Counted from the first letter of the stretch, positions 10,901 to 19,142 are shown. The stretch: 64,000 nucleotides of DNA from Anaeromyxobacteraceae bacterium (GCA_032654565.1 JAULAX010000018.1:64001-128000), one strand, 5' to 3'. The notes: a model not told the origin generated them from the sequence alone. Numbers and translations: made by a program.

Positions 10901-11111
10901 GCTCGGCCTCGAGCGGGTCGGCCACCAGCCGCTCCACGTCGGCCGGGCTGGCGCCGGGGAGCACCGCCACCACGGCGAAGCCGGGGAAGGGGAAGGTGGG
11001 ATCCTCGGCCTTGGGGATGCCGAGCAGCGAGGAGACGCCCAGGGCGACCAGGGCGACGAAGACCACCAGGGTGAACTGCCAGCGGCGGACGGCGAACTCG
11101 GCGATGTGCAT
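7995..11111 (-). CDS. RND efflux permease (AcrB/AcrD/AcrF family)
   Basis: ~1038 aa; GLLVDDSVVVVENI, GIEVKNSILLVD, RFIPILLTTLT. Confidence 0.95.
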   Translation of the reverse strand: MHIAEFAVRRWQFTLVVFVALVALGVSSLLGIPKAEDPTFPFPGFAVVAVLPGASPADVERLVADPLEAELKGLEDLKSLKTTIEDGLAVILVDFQFGVDAARKRDEVIRETTALRPRLPAGLARLQVIASNSANVNILQLALVTDTAPSRELDRLARDLKARLEAVPGVGKVELGGLPGQEVQVALLPERLVALGISPLEVLQAIGADAQAIPAGAVEAGARQLSVKTSGDYGSVEEIADTVVRMVGGRAVRVRDLAEVAQRDAEATHLVRLDGRRAVLVAATMKEKQNLFEVRQGLGQAAEAFRPSLPPGVSLVTSFDQAVNVEHRLSGFARDFGIAILLVLLTLLPLGLRASGVVMISIPLSLAVGLALLHLFGFTINQLSIVGFVIALGLLVDDSVVVVENITRFLREGHSPRQAAVEATRQITMSVLGCTATLVFAFVPLLALPGGAGSFIRSMPVAVVFTILASLLVSLTVVPFLASRFLRSQGEHGNVFFRWLERGIQATYRPVLHRAIARPAVTLGLAALLFAGSLALVPAIGFSLFPKAGIPQFRVTAETPEGGSLAEADRAARAIEAALARHPEVVKVTTNLGKGNPMVYYNVSPQNEKAGYAEVLAELGTRDPARTAQVLAALRTELSGYAGARLEVREFEQGPPVDAPIAIRVLADDPAALAAASARVEAVLASVEGTRYVSNPSRDRKSDLRVRIDRERAALLGVAVPDVDRAVRLAVGGLVAGTWRDASGAEARDIRLTLPREGGAPLPGGARPGLEVLDRVYVAGAGGPVPLAAVASLALEPSPARIYHYDKTRSTTLTADVREGFNTDRITKAVLDRLGAEAWPSGVRIVPAGEFESRQESFGGLGAAIIVAALGVLAILVLEFRTFRSTLIVASVIPLGIVGGMVALFLSGYTLSFTAVIGFVALMGIEVKNSILLVDFTNQLRQAGRSLDQAIEEAGEKRFIPILLTTLTAVGGLVPLAVERSALYSPLALVILGGLISSTLLTRVVTPVLYKLLPPELEAEEAPAADATEPSLPAPVAA

Positions 11112-11134
11112 GGCGCGGCTCCGTGGTGGCCGGG

Positions 11135-12184
11135 CTACTCGGCCACGGTGACGTGGAGGCCCTCGGCGAGCCGGGTGGCGCCGTCGGTCACCACCCGCTC
11201 CACGCCGTCGAGCCCGGTCGAGAGGGCGATCCGGTCGCCCTGCAGGAAGGCGATGCGCACCGGCACCCGGTGGGCCACGCCGCCCCGGACGGTGAAGACC
11301 GCCCCCTGCTCGCCGTCGCCGTCCACCACCGCCGCCAGGGGCACGGCGCCCGCGGCGGGGACCAGCCGGGCGATCTCGACCTTGGCGGTGAGGCCGGAGA
11401 GGAGCCCGGCCGAGTCGGCGGCCGGCAGCGCCACCTCCACCAGGTAGGTGCCGGTGCCGCGCCCCGCGGCGCGGGCGATCTCGGTGACCCGGCCCTGGAG
11501 CACCCGGCCCGGGCTGGCGTCGAGCGTCACCCGGGCCGGCGTGCCCGGGAGCAGGCCGATCACCTCGCGATCGGCCAGCGCGGCGCGGACCACGAAGCCG
11601 CGCCCCTGGCCGGAGAGGTGGACGATGGGGCGGCCCGGGGCCACCACCTCGCCCGGCTCGGCCAGCCGGCGGTCCACCCAGCCGTCGCCGGGGGCCGTCA
11701 GCGTGGCGTGGCGCAGGTTGAACTCGGCGGCGCTGAGCTGGGCCTCGGCCAGCGCCTCGGCGGTGCGGGTGTCCTCGGCGGCGGCGCGGGCGACCACCTC
11801 GCTGGCGGCCAGCTGGGCCATGCGGGCGGCGTCGCGGCGGGCCTTCTCCAGCCCTTCGCGGGCCTGGCGGACGCCGGCGGCCAGCTCGGTGGGGTCGAGC
11901 GAGGCGAGCACCTGGCCCTTGCGGACCGGCTGGCCCTCGTGGACCTGCACGGAGGCCAGCAGCCCGCCGACCTTGAAGGAGAGGTCCCACTCGTCCTTGG
12001 TGGCGACGGTGCCGGCGGCGCGGACCGGACGATCGACCGGGCCGTGCGCCACGGCGGCGGTGCGGACCGGGATGGTGGCCTCCTCCGGGCCGGGGGCGGC
12101 GCGGGCGGTGGGGCTGCAGCCGCCCAGGGCAGGGAGGGCGGTGGCGAGGGCGAGGGCGGCGAGCGAGGCGGGGCGGCGGGTCAT
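11135..12184 (-). CDS. RND efflux periplasmic adaptor (MFP), lipoprotein
   Basis: Lipobox LGGC; LSFKVGG...VHEGQPVRKGQVLA lipoyl half-motif; adjacent to the RND permease. Confidence 0.92.
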   Translation of the reverse strand: MTRRPASLAALALATALPALGGCSPTARAAPGPEEATIPVRTAAVAHGPVDRPVRAAGTVATKDEWDLSFKVGGLLASVQVHEGQPVRKGQVLASLDPTELAAGVRQAREGLEKARRDAARMAQLAASEVVARAAAEDTRTAEALAEAQLSAAEFNLRHATLTAPGDGWVDRRLAEPGEVVAPGRPIVHLSGQGRGFVVRAALADREVIGLLPGTPARVTLDASPGRVLQGRVTEIARAAGRGTGTYLVEVALPAADSAGLLSGLTAKVEIARLVPAAGAVPLAAVVDGDGEQGAVFTVRGGVAHRVPVRIAFLQGDRIALSTGLDGVERVVTDGATRLAEGLHVTVAE

Positions 12185-12215
12185 CGAGTGCTCCTCAAAG
12201 GGCGGAGGCCCCTCC

Positions 12216-12234
12216 ATGTGAACGGCGCATACAT
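12216..12234. promoter_or_regulatory. Probable TetR operator (imperfect palindrome ATGTGAAC-GGC-GCATACAT)
   Basis: Lies in the AT-rich 84-bp gap between divergent tetR and RND genes. Confidence 0.45.
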
Positions 12235-12268
12235 TGCAAATTCAAGTTATCGATGTCAACATGGAGTC

Positions 12269-12988
12269 ATGAAAAAGCTGGCGATCCCCCCAAATGGGGA
12301 CAGCTACCACCACGGCGACCTGCGCAACGCCCTGCTGCAGGCGGCGCTCCGGCTGGTGGCGGAGAAGGGGGCGGAGGGCTTCAGCCTGCGCGAGGCGGCC
12401 CGCGAGGTGGGCGTGTCGCCGGCGGCGGCCTACCGCCACTTCGAGGACAAGAAGGCCCTGATGGGCAGCCTGGTCGTCGGCGGCATGGGCCAGCTGGCCC
12501 TGGCCATGGAGAGGGCCGTGGACGGGATCAAGGGCCGGGCGGGCTCGGCGGCCCGCGCCGTCGCCGAGCTGGCGGTGACCGGCCAGGCCTACGTGGAGTT
12601 CGCGGTGCGGCACCCGGAGCAGTTCCAGGTGATGTTCGGCCCCTGGTGCGACCACCTCGACTTCACCGAGGTGCCGTCCGAGGCCAAGCCGCGCGGGCGC
12701 GACGCCTACCAGATCCTGGTGGACTCGCTGGATGGCCTGGTCCGCGCCGGCGCCATCACGCCGGCGGCGCGAGCCGGGGCCGAGCTCCCGGCCTGGTCGA
12801 TGGTGCACGGGCTGGCCTCCCTGCTGGTGGCCAAGGCGTTGCCGCTCGGTCCCGCCGAGCGGGCCCAGGCGACCGCCCTCACCCTCCGCACGCTCCTGCG
12901 CGGGCTGGGCTGCGCCCCGCGGCTGCTGGGGCCCGCGGTGCCGGCGCCGGACCCCAAGCCGTGCCGGACCGTGCCCTGCAGGCGCTGA
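12269..12988 (+). CDS. TetR/AcrR family regulator (WHG C-terminal type)
   Basis: YHHGDLRNALL...FSLREAAREVGVSPAAAYRHF; WSMVHG. Confidence 0.93.
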   Translation: MKKLAIPPNGDSYHHGDLRNALLQAALRLVAEKGAEGFSLREAAREVGVSPAAAYRHFEDKKALMGSLVVGGMGQLALAMERAVDGIKGRAGSAARAVAELAVTGQAYVEFAVRHPEQFQVMFGPWCDHLDFTEVPSEAKPRGRDAYQILVDSLDGLVRAGAITPAARAGAELPAWSMVHGLASLLVAKALPLGPAERAQATALTLRTLLRGLGCAPRLLGPAVPAPDPKPCRTVPCRR

Positions 12989-13090
12989 GGCGGTCGAGCT
13001 GCCCCATCGAGCAAGCGCTTCCAGCCTGGCCGCAGCGCGTCCCGTAGGCCGAGCGCCCAGGAGAGGGCGTTGCCGTGCCGCGTGAGGAGC

Positions 13091-13106
13091 GAGTACCATG
13101 GTACCA
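13091..13106. promoter_or_regulatory. Tandem 8-bp boxes GAGTACCA-TGGTACCA overlapping the -10 and start codon of the small regulator
   Basis: Seen directly; TTGCCG (13070) and TACCAT (13094) form a sigma70-like promoter. Confidence 0.6.
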
Positions 13107-13381
13107 TGCCAGTCAAGCGCGTCAGCAGGCGTCGCATGGAGGTCGAGCGGATCCAGACCGGGGTGCGCGTCGAGGTGCGCGTGCTCAAGGTCTTGAAGGC
13201 CCTGGCCGAGCTCAAGGGGCTGTCCCTCGGGGACCTCCTGGAGGGGATCGTGCTCCACGCCTTCGAGGGCAAGGCCCCCTTCGCGCGGGAGACGCTCCGG
13301 CAGATCGCCCAGCTGCGCGAGGTCTACGGGCTGACGCTCCAGGCTGCGGACAGCCATCGCCTGGAGGAGCGCCAGCCGTAG
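13106..13381 (+). CDS. Small conserved protein, probable ribbon-helix-helix DNA-binding regulator
   Basis: RIQTGVRVE strand followed by helices VLKVLKALAELKG and SLGDLLEGIVLHAF. Confidence 0.7.
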   Translation: MPVKRVSRRRMEVERIQTGVRVEVRVLKVLKALAELKGLSLGDLLEGIVLHAFEGKAPFARETLRQIAQLREVYGLTLQAADSHRLEERQP

Positions 13382-13429
13382 CCGGGCCCGGCCGGATCCG
13401 GGCCGGCGCGGGCGACCGGCCCGCGCTGC

Positions 13430-13918
13430 TCAAGCAGCGCCCAGCAGCACGGATCCGGTCTGCAGGAAGTGGTTCATCGACCGCTCCCAGTCGGTCATCA
13501 TCGCCTCGAACTCGTTCGAGGTGCCGAGCTTCTCGATGGCCAGGTTGCCCTGATCGCTGGTCCCGGTCCTGACGTACCGGACCGACAGGCTGGAGCGCTG
13601 CGGCTCCAGCCGCGCCACCTTGATGCCCAGGTGGACGACCTGCTTCCCGGGGAGGACGTAGACGAAGTCGATCTCGTGGCGGGCCGGCTCGAAGCGCGTG
13701 ACGACCCACAGGGTGTCCGGCTCGCCGGCGTGCCCGGTGGCGTAGACCCCGTCCAGCTCGGCGACGCCGCTGGAGGCGAAGATGGGCCGGCCCACCCACC
13801 CCTCGAGCCACTCGCCCTCGCGGACGGGGCAGAGCAGCGGGAAGATGGTGTCGGGGTCGGCGCTGATGGAGATGGTGCGCTCGAGGATCCTGCGTGAGCC
13901 CTTGAAGCTGGTCTGCAT
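13430..13918 (-). CDS. SRPBCC/START-like ligand-binding protein
   Basis: TISISADPDTIFPLLCPVREGEWLEGW N-terminus; C-terminal amphipathic helix ..DWERSMNHFL. Confidence 0.7.
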   Translation of the reverse strand: MQTSFKGSRRILERTISISADPDTIFPLLCPVREGEWLEGWVGRPIFASSGVAELDGVYATGHAGEPDTLWVVTRFEPARHEIDFVYVLPGKQVVHLGIKVARLEPQRSSLSVRYVRTGTSDQGNLAIEKLGTSNEFEAMMTDWERSMNHFLQTGSVLLGAA

Positions 13919-13978
13919 GTGGTTGGTCTCCTTGGTGGCGTGGCGTGGGTGACCTGGGCCGAGGCTTGCGCCGCAGGG

Positions 13979-14002
13979 TCATACCATGGTACATTGGTAC
14001 CA
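13979..14002. promoter_or_regulatory. Three tandem 8-bp boxes TCATACCA-TGGTACAT-TGGTACCA in the divergent SRPBCC/aminopeptidase promoter
   Basis: Seen directly; same unit as at 13091-13106. Confidence 0.6.
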
Positions 14003-15810
14003 TGTTCCTGGCAATGGGGACCCTGCTGGCCCTGGCGGCCGCTCCGGCGGCCGCCGATCCCTTCTCCCGCTCCAACCCGGCCGAGGTGGCGGTCACCCAC
14101 CTGGAGCTGGACCTGCGGGTGGGCCTCGACCCCCGCGAGCTGGCCGGCCGGGTGGCCCTGCGGCTGGCCCGCTCCGCGCCTGGTCGGACGCAGGCGCTGG
14201 TGCTGGACACCAGGGACCTGCAGATCGAGGCGGTGTCGGGCGCGGGTCCGGGCGGCCGGGCCGCCCCGCTGGCCTTCTCGCTGGGCCCGGCCGATCCGGT
14301 GCTCGGCGCCGCCCTGAGCATCACCTTGCCGCCCGGGGTGGAGACGGTGCTCGTCGACTACCGGGCCGGCCGGAAGGCGCAGGCCCTGCAGTGGCTCGAC
14401 GGCCGCCAGACTCGCAGCGGCCAGCCCTTCCTCTACACCCAGTCCGGGACCATCCACGCCCGCAGCTGGATTCCGCTCCAGGACTCACCGGCCGTGCGCT
14501 TCACCTGGGAGGCGAGCGTGCAGGCGCCGCCTGGCCTGGTGCCGGTCATGAGCGCCACCCTGGTCTCGCGCCGCGGCAGCGCCGCACGCTTCCGCATGGC
14601 CCATCCCGTGCCCGCCTACCTGATCGCGCTGGCCGTGGGCGACCTGGCCTTCCGCGCCTGGGACGATCGGGCCGGCCTGTTCGCGGAGCGGCCGGTGGTC
14701 GCCGAAGCCCACCGCGAGCTCGTCGACGTCCCGCGCATGCTGGAGGTGGCGGAGAAGCTCTTCGGGCCCTATCGGTGGGATCGCTACGACCTGCTGGTCA
14801 TGCCGCCCGCCTTCCCATATGCCGGGGTGGAGAACGCCCAGCTCACCTTCGTGACGCCCACCCTGCTGGTGGGCGACCGGAGCCTGGTCTCGACGGTGGC
14901 GCACGAGCTGGCCCACGCCTGGGCCGGCAACCTGGTCACGCAGGCGACCTGGAACGACGTCTGGCTCAACGAGGGGCTGACGGTCTACCTGGAGCGGCGG
15001 ATCATGGAGGCGCTCCAGGGCAGCGAGCGCGCCAGGGCCGAGGCCGTCCTGGGAAGGCACCAGCTCCTGGAGGAGCTGGCCACCCTGGCCCCCGAAGACC
15101 AGCGCCTGCGCGTCGACTTCACCGGCCGTGACCCGGACGGCGTGCTGAGCAGCGTGCCCTACGAGAAGGGCTACCTGTTCTTCCTCCAGCTCGAGCGTCG
15201 CTTCGGGCGAGCCCGGCTGGACGCGTTCCTGCGCCGCCTGTTCCAGGATCTCGCCTTCCGGTCGCTCACCACGGCCCAGCTCCTGGCGCGCCTGCAGGCG
15301 AGCCTGCCGGCGCCGGTCGAGGCCTGGATCGAGGCGCCGGGGCTCCCGGCGGACGCCCCGGTGGTCAGCTCGGTAGCGCTGGAGGCGGCCGGCCGCGCTG
15401 CGACCGGGTGGGCGGCCGGCAGCGCCCCAGCCGCCGATCTGCCCGCCCGCGCCTGGTCGGCCGAGCAGTGGGCCTGGTTCCTCACCCACCTGCCGCGCAC
15501 CGTCGACTGCGCGCGCGCGGGCGCCCTGGACCAGGCCTGGCAGCTCGGCCGGTCCCGCAACCCCACGCTGCTGGTCCCCTGGCTGCGCCTGGGGGTCCGC
15601 TGCGGGTACCCACCCGCGGTGGCCCGCGCCGAGGAGGTCCTGCGCACCGTCGGGCGCGGCAGCATGGTGATGCCCCTCTACGAGGAGCTCCTGGCCCTGC
15701 CCGACGGGCCGGCGCGAGCGGCCCGGACCTACTGCGTCGCCAGGAGCTCATACCATCCGGTGATGGCGGCGGCCCTCGACCGACGGATTGGCTGCGACGC
15801 CCGGCCCTGA
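14002..15810 (+). CDS. M1 family aminopeptidase (leukotriene A4 hydrolase-like), secreted
   Basis: AGVEN exopeptidase motif, HELAH...NEG zinc motif, VPYEKG; signal peptide. Confidence 0.93.
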   Translation: MFLAMGTLLALAAAPAAADPFSRSNPAEVAVTHLELDLRVGLDPRELAGRVALRLARSAPGRTQALVLDTRDLQIEAVSGAGPGGRAAPLAFSLGPADPVLGAALSITLPPGVETVLVDYRAGRKAQALQWLDGRQTRSGQPFLYTQSGTIHARSWIPLQDSPAVRFTWEASVQAPPGLVPVMSATLVSRRGSAARFRMAHPVPAYLIALAVGDLAFRAWDDRAGLFAERPVVAEAHRELVDVPRMLEVAEKLFGPYRWDRYDLLVMPPAFPYAGVENAQLTFVTPTLLVGDRSLVSTVAHELAHAWAGNLVTQATWNDVWLNEGLTVYLERRIMEALQGSERARAEAVLGRHQLLEELATLAPEDQRLRVDFTGRDPDGVLSSVPYEKGYLFFLQLERRFGRARLDAFLRRLFQDLAFRSLTTAQLLARLQASLPAPVEAWIEAPGLPADAPVVSSVALEAAGRAATGWAAGSAPAADLPARAWSAEQWAWFLTHLPRTVDCARAGALDQAWQLGRSRNPTLLVPWLRLGVRCGYPPAVARAEEVLRTVGRGSMVMPLYEELLALPDGPARAARTYCVARSSYHPVMAAALDRRIGCDARP

Positions 15811-15927
15811 GGGGCGCGCCGCCGGCCGGGTGGCATCGGCGCCGGGCCTGGCTTGCGCCGATGCACGGGGCCGGCCGCTCCAGGTTGGGCGACGGTCCCC
15901 GCGTCCATCGCTCCACTTGGAGATCCC

Positions 15928-16386
15928 ATGCTCCTGAAGGAAACCGCCCTGCTCCGCCTCTTCGGCCTGCGCGTCCCGCTCTTCCTCTTCGCCGGGCCCC
16001 GGGTCATGGAGCTCGACGACCGGGGCTGCACGGTGAAGATCCCGCTCGGCTGGCGGACCAGGAACCACGTCGGCTCGATGCACATCGGCGTCCTGGCGGC
16101 CGGAGCCGACCTGGCCGCTGGACTGAACGTGTTCCGCGCCGCGCGCGGGCAGGGGAGGCTGGTTCCCATCTTCAAGGACGCCCGCATGGACTTCTTGAAG
16201 CGCGCCGACGGCGACGTCCTCTTCCGCTGCGGCGACGGCGCCAGGGTGCAGGAGGCGGCCCGCCAGGCCACCTCCACCGGCGAGCGGGTGACGCTGCCGG
16301 TGGAGATCGTGGCCACCGTGCCGGACCGCCACGGCGATGACCCGGTGGCGCGCTTCACGCTGGGGCTCTCGATGAAGCGAGGCTGA
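15928..16386 (+). CDS. Hotdog-fold thioesterase-like protein (DUF4442/PaaI-like)
   Basis: RTRNHVGSMHIGVL, DFLKRADGDV. Confidence 0.8.
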   Translation: MLLKETALLRLFGLRVPLFLFAGPRVMELDDRGCTVKIPLGWRTRNHVGSMHIGVLAAGADLAAGLNVFRAARGQGRLVPIFKDARMDFLKRADGDVLFRCGDGARVQEAARQATSTGERVTLPVEIVATVPDRHGDDPVARFTLGLSMKRG

Positions 16387-16460
16387 GCGCGGGTCCCGGC
16401 CTCGTCGGCCGTGGTCGGGGCGAGCGAGTGCCCTGGTACCATCCGGGCAAGGCTGGTCGT

Positions 16461-16478
16461 GCATCGTACTGGCCTATG
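16461..16478 (+). repeat. Island repeat copy 1 (truncated): GCATCGTACTGGCCTATG
   Basis: Identical to the core of the copies at 17426 and 18584. Confidence 0.85.
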
Positions 16479-16571
16479 TGGAGTTGATCCGTCTTGGTGG
16501 GGTTAGGCGAATGGGCGTTACGGAGAGGCAGGCAGCGTAGGCGAAATGTCAACCGGACCGAATCAACTCCG
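16479..16571. mobile_element. MITE-like or internally deleted IS3-family remnant
   Basis: Ends GGAGTTGAT...ATCAACTCC are inverted; left end matches the IS3 end at 17661 at 19/23 nt. Confidence 0.5.
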
Positions 16572-16749
16572 GGGCGCATCAAGAAGTGGAGCGTCGGCCG
16601 GCAGGTCGCGAAGGTGGCCATGGCGGCCGGCGGAGTGCGCGGGAGGGTTCGGCAACGATTCCCCGCGGAACGCCACGTTGGCGACCCACAGGGGAGCGAT
16701 AGGCGATCGGCATCTACCCAGTAGTATATCGACATGGTAGTATAGCGCC

Positions 16750-17103
16750 GTGAAGCGCCGGTTCGTGGAATCCATCGGATTCAGCGAGGATCGAAGGAGG
16801 CTCGAGCGAGCCCGTGAGCTTTCGCTCCTCGATCTCGTCGCCATGGAGCAGAGCATCCTGGGGGATCCCCAGTCAGGCGACCTTGTTCCGGGAACGGGTG
16901 GCCTTCGGAAGATTCGGCTCGGTCAACGACAGGTCCGTCGCGGCAAGAGCGGTGGCGTCCGGGTCTACTACCTGGACCTTCCACACCGGGCTGTGACTCA
17001 CATGGTCGCGATCTTCGGAAAGCGGGAGAAGTCCGACCTGTCGCCTGCAGAACGTCGAGCCGTTGCAGAACTCGTGAAGCAGTTGAAGGAGGAGAAGTCA
17101 TGA
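16750..17103 (+). CDS. higB: Type II TA toxin, RelE/HigB family
   Basis: GDLVPGTGGLRKIR...GKSGGVRVYY...FGKREKSDLS; toxin upstream of an HTH antitoxin. Confidence 0.88.
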   Translation: MKRRFVESIGFSEDRRRLERARELSLLDLVAMEQSILGDPQSGDLVPGTGGLRKIRLGQRQVRRGKSGGVRVYYLDLPHRAVTHMVAIFGKREKSDLSPAERRAVAELVKQLKEEKS

Positions 17104-17414
17104 AGCGAAAGACGACGAAGACCACGGCGTTCTCGAAGGTGAAGGCGGGTCTCGAGGACGCCATCGCGTACCACCAGGGTGCACGACAGCTGACCGTTCG
17201 CGATGTCGAGCTGATGCCGCCGCCGCCCATGGGCGCCAAGGACGTTCTCGCCGTCCGAGTCAGCCTCCGGGTGTCCCAGGCCGCGTTCGCCCGCATCCTC
17301 AACGTGAGTCCGAGGACCGTCCAGGCCTGGGAGACCAGCGCCCGGCGTCCCTCTGACGCGGCGCTGAAGCTCCTGGCCGTCGCCAAGAGGCATCCCGAAG
17401 CCCTGCTCGCGTGA
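17100..17414 (+). CDS. higA: Type II TA antitoxin, XRE-HTH (HigA-type)
   Basis: SQAAFARILNVSPRTVQAWE...PSDAALKLL; ATGA overlap with the toxin. Confidence 0.88.
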   Translation: MKRKTTKTTAFSKVKAGLEDAIAYHQGARQLTVRDVELMPPPPMGAKDVLAVRVSLRVSQAAFARILNVSPRTVQAWETSARRPSDAALKLLAVAKRHPEALLA

Positions 17415-17425
17415 ACGCTAGAGCC

Positions 17426-17461
17426 CCATCCTCGTAGCGCATCGTACTGGCCTATGACTGG
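17426..17461 (+). repeat. Island repeat copy 2 (36 bp)
   Basis: CCATCCTCGTAGCGCATCGTACTGGCCTATGACTGG; 34/36 identical to 18584-18619. Confidence 0.9.
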
Positions 17462-17488
17462 GCAGGTTCAAGTCCTGTCTCCCCGACA
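17462..17488 (+). pseudogene. tRNA-Pro 3' fragment (T-arm plus acceptor strand), att-like remnant
   Basis: GCAGG-TTCAAGT-CCTGT-CTCCCCG-A; no intact 5' acceptor strand or anticodon arm; followed by a hairpin and pyrimidine run (17503-17545). Confidence 0.7.
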
Positions 17489-17660
17489 TTCCAAGGACGC
17501 TGGATCGCTCGGCTCCTGCCGGCGGACGAGCGGTCTCCTTCTTTCGGACGGCCGCAGCCTTGTCGCGAAGCTGGGCGGGGGAGTTGGGGTGCAACGGTTC
17601 AGGCAACGCCGCTCAATCCCAAGTTGTCGCGGCGCGCAGGACCCGGGGCCGTTGGCTCCC

Positions 17661-17872
17661 TGGGCTTGATCCGACTCGGTGGGCAGTGGGGCTACGACCT
17701 TTGGCTCTCCATGGCGAAGAGGAAGAGGAGGAAGTTCACGGCCGAGTACAAGGCCGAGGTGGCGGGGGTGGTCGGTGCCAGCGGCAAGGGCATCGGGCAG
17801 GCGACAAGGACCCCGAGAAGGGCGGGTAGGGCAGCCCGGCAGGGCTGCGCAGGGTCAGTGGGCGGAGTATGA
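17661..17872 (+). mobile_element. IS3-family remnant: left end plus truncated OrfA
   Basis: TG-starting end, then ATG 17711 MAKRKRRKFTAEYKAEV...SGKGIGQ, which degenerates. Confidence 0.65.
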
Positions 17873-17882
17873 TGGGGACCGT

Positions 17883-18116
17883 ATGAAGGCACTCAAGGCA
17901 CAGGTCAGAGGTGGGCGGCTGGTGCTCGATGAGCCCACCGAGCTTCCCGAGGGGACCGAAGTCGAGTTGACCCTGGTGGAGTACGACGAGTTCACGCCGG
18001 AGGAGCGGGCGCGGCTGGAGCAGGCTCTCGAAGAGGCCGAGCAGGAGATCGAGCGCGGCGAGTGCGTAGACGGTTCCAAGTTCCTCGCCCGGCTGCGAGC
18101 GCGACGTGAGGCTTAA
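17883..18116 (+). CDS. Putative antitoxin (DUF104/AF2212-like N-terminus, acidic C-terminus)
   Basis: MKALKAQVRGGRLVLDEPTELPEGTEVEL; overlaps the downstream toxin. Confidence 0.75.
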   Translation: MKALKAQVRGGRLVLDEPTELPEGTEVELTLVEYDEFTPEERARLEQALEEAEQEIERGECVDGSKFLARLRARREA

Positions 18117-18405
18117 GGTCGCCAGGCGCGCAGAACAGCAGGCCGACCGCATCGAGCAGTGGTGGAAAGAGAACCGCCCGTCGGTGCCGGGGGTCTTCAC
18201 GGATGAGCTCGAATCGACGGTTCGGCTCATATGCGAGATGCCGGGCGTCGGTGTGAGATGGCCTTCCGCGCGGCGTCCGGGGATTCGCCGGGTTCTCATG
18301 CCCAAGACGGAGCATCACCTCTACTTTCGTGTGGACGAGACCGGGGCGACCGTCCACGTCCTGGCGGTGTGGGGCGCGCCGCGCGGCAGCGGCCCGAAGC
18401 TGTAG
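18106..18405 (+). CDS. Type II TA toxin, RelE/ParE family
   Basis: RRAEQQADRIEQWW...IRRVLMPKTEHHLYFRV...VHVLAVWGA. Confidence 0.8.
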   Translation: MRLKVARRAEQQADRIEQWWKENRPSVPGVFTDELESTVRLICEMPGVGVRWPSARRPGIRRVLMPKTEHHLYFRVDETGATVHVLAVWGAPRGSGPKL

Positions 18406-18583
18406 ACGGGAACTGCCACCCGCTCCACCTCGCCCCGGATTGGAAGGCGGTCCTCGCCCCGCAGGCAGGGGCCGCTCGTTCACAACCTGATGCACGCGCC
18501 TGCGACGCGGCGATGGTCCCGCGTCCAGCCGCGCCAGCCTGCCTGAGGCAGGCTTCAGGCAGAGGAATCGCTCGCTCTCTCGT

Positions 18584-18619
18584 CCATCCTCGCGGCGCAT
18601 CGTACTGGCCTATGACTGG
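18584..18619 (+). repeat. Island repeat copy 3 (36 bp)
   Basis: CCATCCTCGCGGCGCATCGTACTGGCCTATGACTGG. Confidence 0.9.
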
Positions 18620-18894
18620 CCATTCTCCGTCGCCATCTGCCTCCCGGCGGTGCCTTTGCGCCCCCGACCAGACGGGGAAGTACGCGAGATGACGGCGCCT
18701 GCCGCCGAGCGCGGACGGCCAGCGACAGATGAAAGAGGCCCCGGCTTACAGGGCGGCTCCGGCATCTTCTTTCACGTGGTCGATCGATGGGCTGCCCCGG
18801 GTGCCGCCGGGGCTGGCCGGTCGCGGCCCGATGGCGCCTGGCCTTGCCGTGCCGCTCCGGGAGCGTTATACGTTGGGAAGAACGGAGCCCGACC

Positions 18895-19138
18895 ATGCGC
18901 AAGAAGCTCTCGGCCCTCGGAAACAGCCTCGGCATCGTCATGCGAGAAGCCCATCCTGGCGAGCTGCTCGCCATCGGCGAACCCGTGAGACCATGGCGCC
19001 GTCGACATGACCACCGAGGGCGGCCGGCTCATCATCGCCCCGGTGAAGCAGCCCAAGCGTGAGCGGGTGAAGGCTGCCATCGACGGAGAAGCTGATGGTG
19101 GATCTACGCCGTGGACCTTCCCGAAGCTCGCTCGGTAG
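18895..19138 (+). pseudogene. AbrB/MazE-family antitoxin with several frameshifts
   Basis: MRKKLSALGNSLGIV, then EKPIL and VDMTTEGGRLIIAPVKQPKRERVKAAI in other frames; ends 4 nt before doc. Confidence 0.7.
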
Positions 19139-19142
19139 CCCG

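Noticed and set aside
7767..11447. 1226-aa plus-strand ORF and similar long ORFs (22715-25357, 53760-55670, 2094-3797)
   Set aside because: Antisense or shifted shadows of real genes caused by high GC and stop-codon scarcity; no recognisable motifs.
17430..17490. Functional tRNA-Pro
   Set aside because: No 5' acceptor strand, the anticodon arm cannot pair, and the end reads ACA rather than ACCA.
16461..18619. 36-bp repeats as a CRISPR array
   Set aside because: Spacing is ~1 kb with whole genes between copies, and there are no cas genes.
17405..18620. Classical integron attC cassettes
   Set aside because: No RYYYAAC...GTTRRRY-bounded hairpins and no intI; the repeats are direct and non-palindromic.
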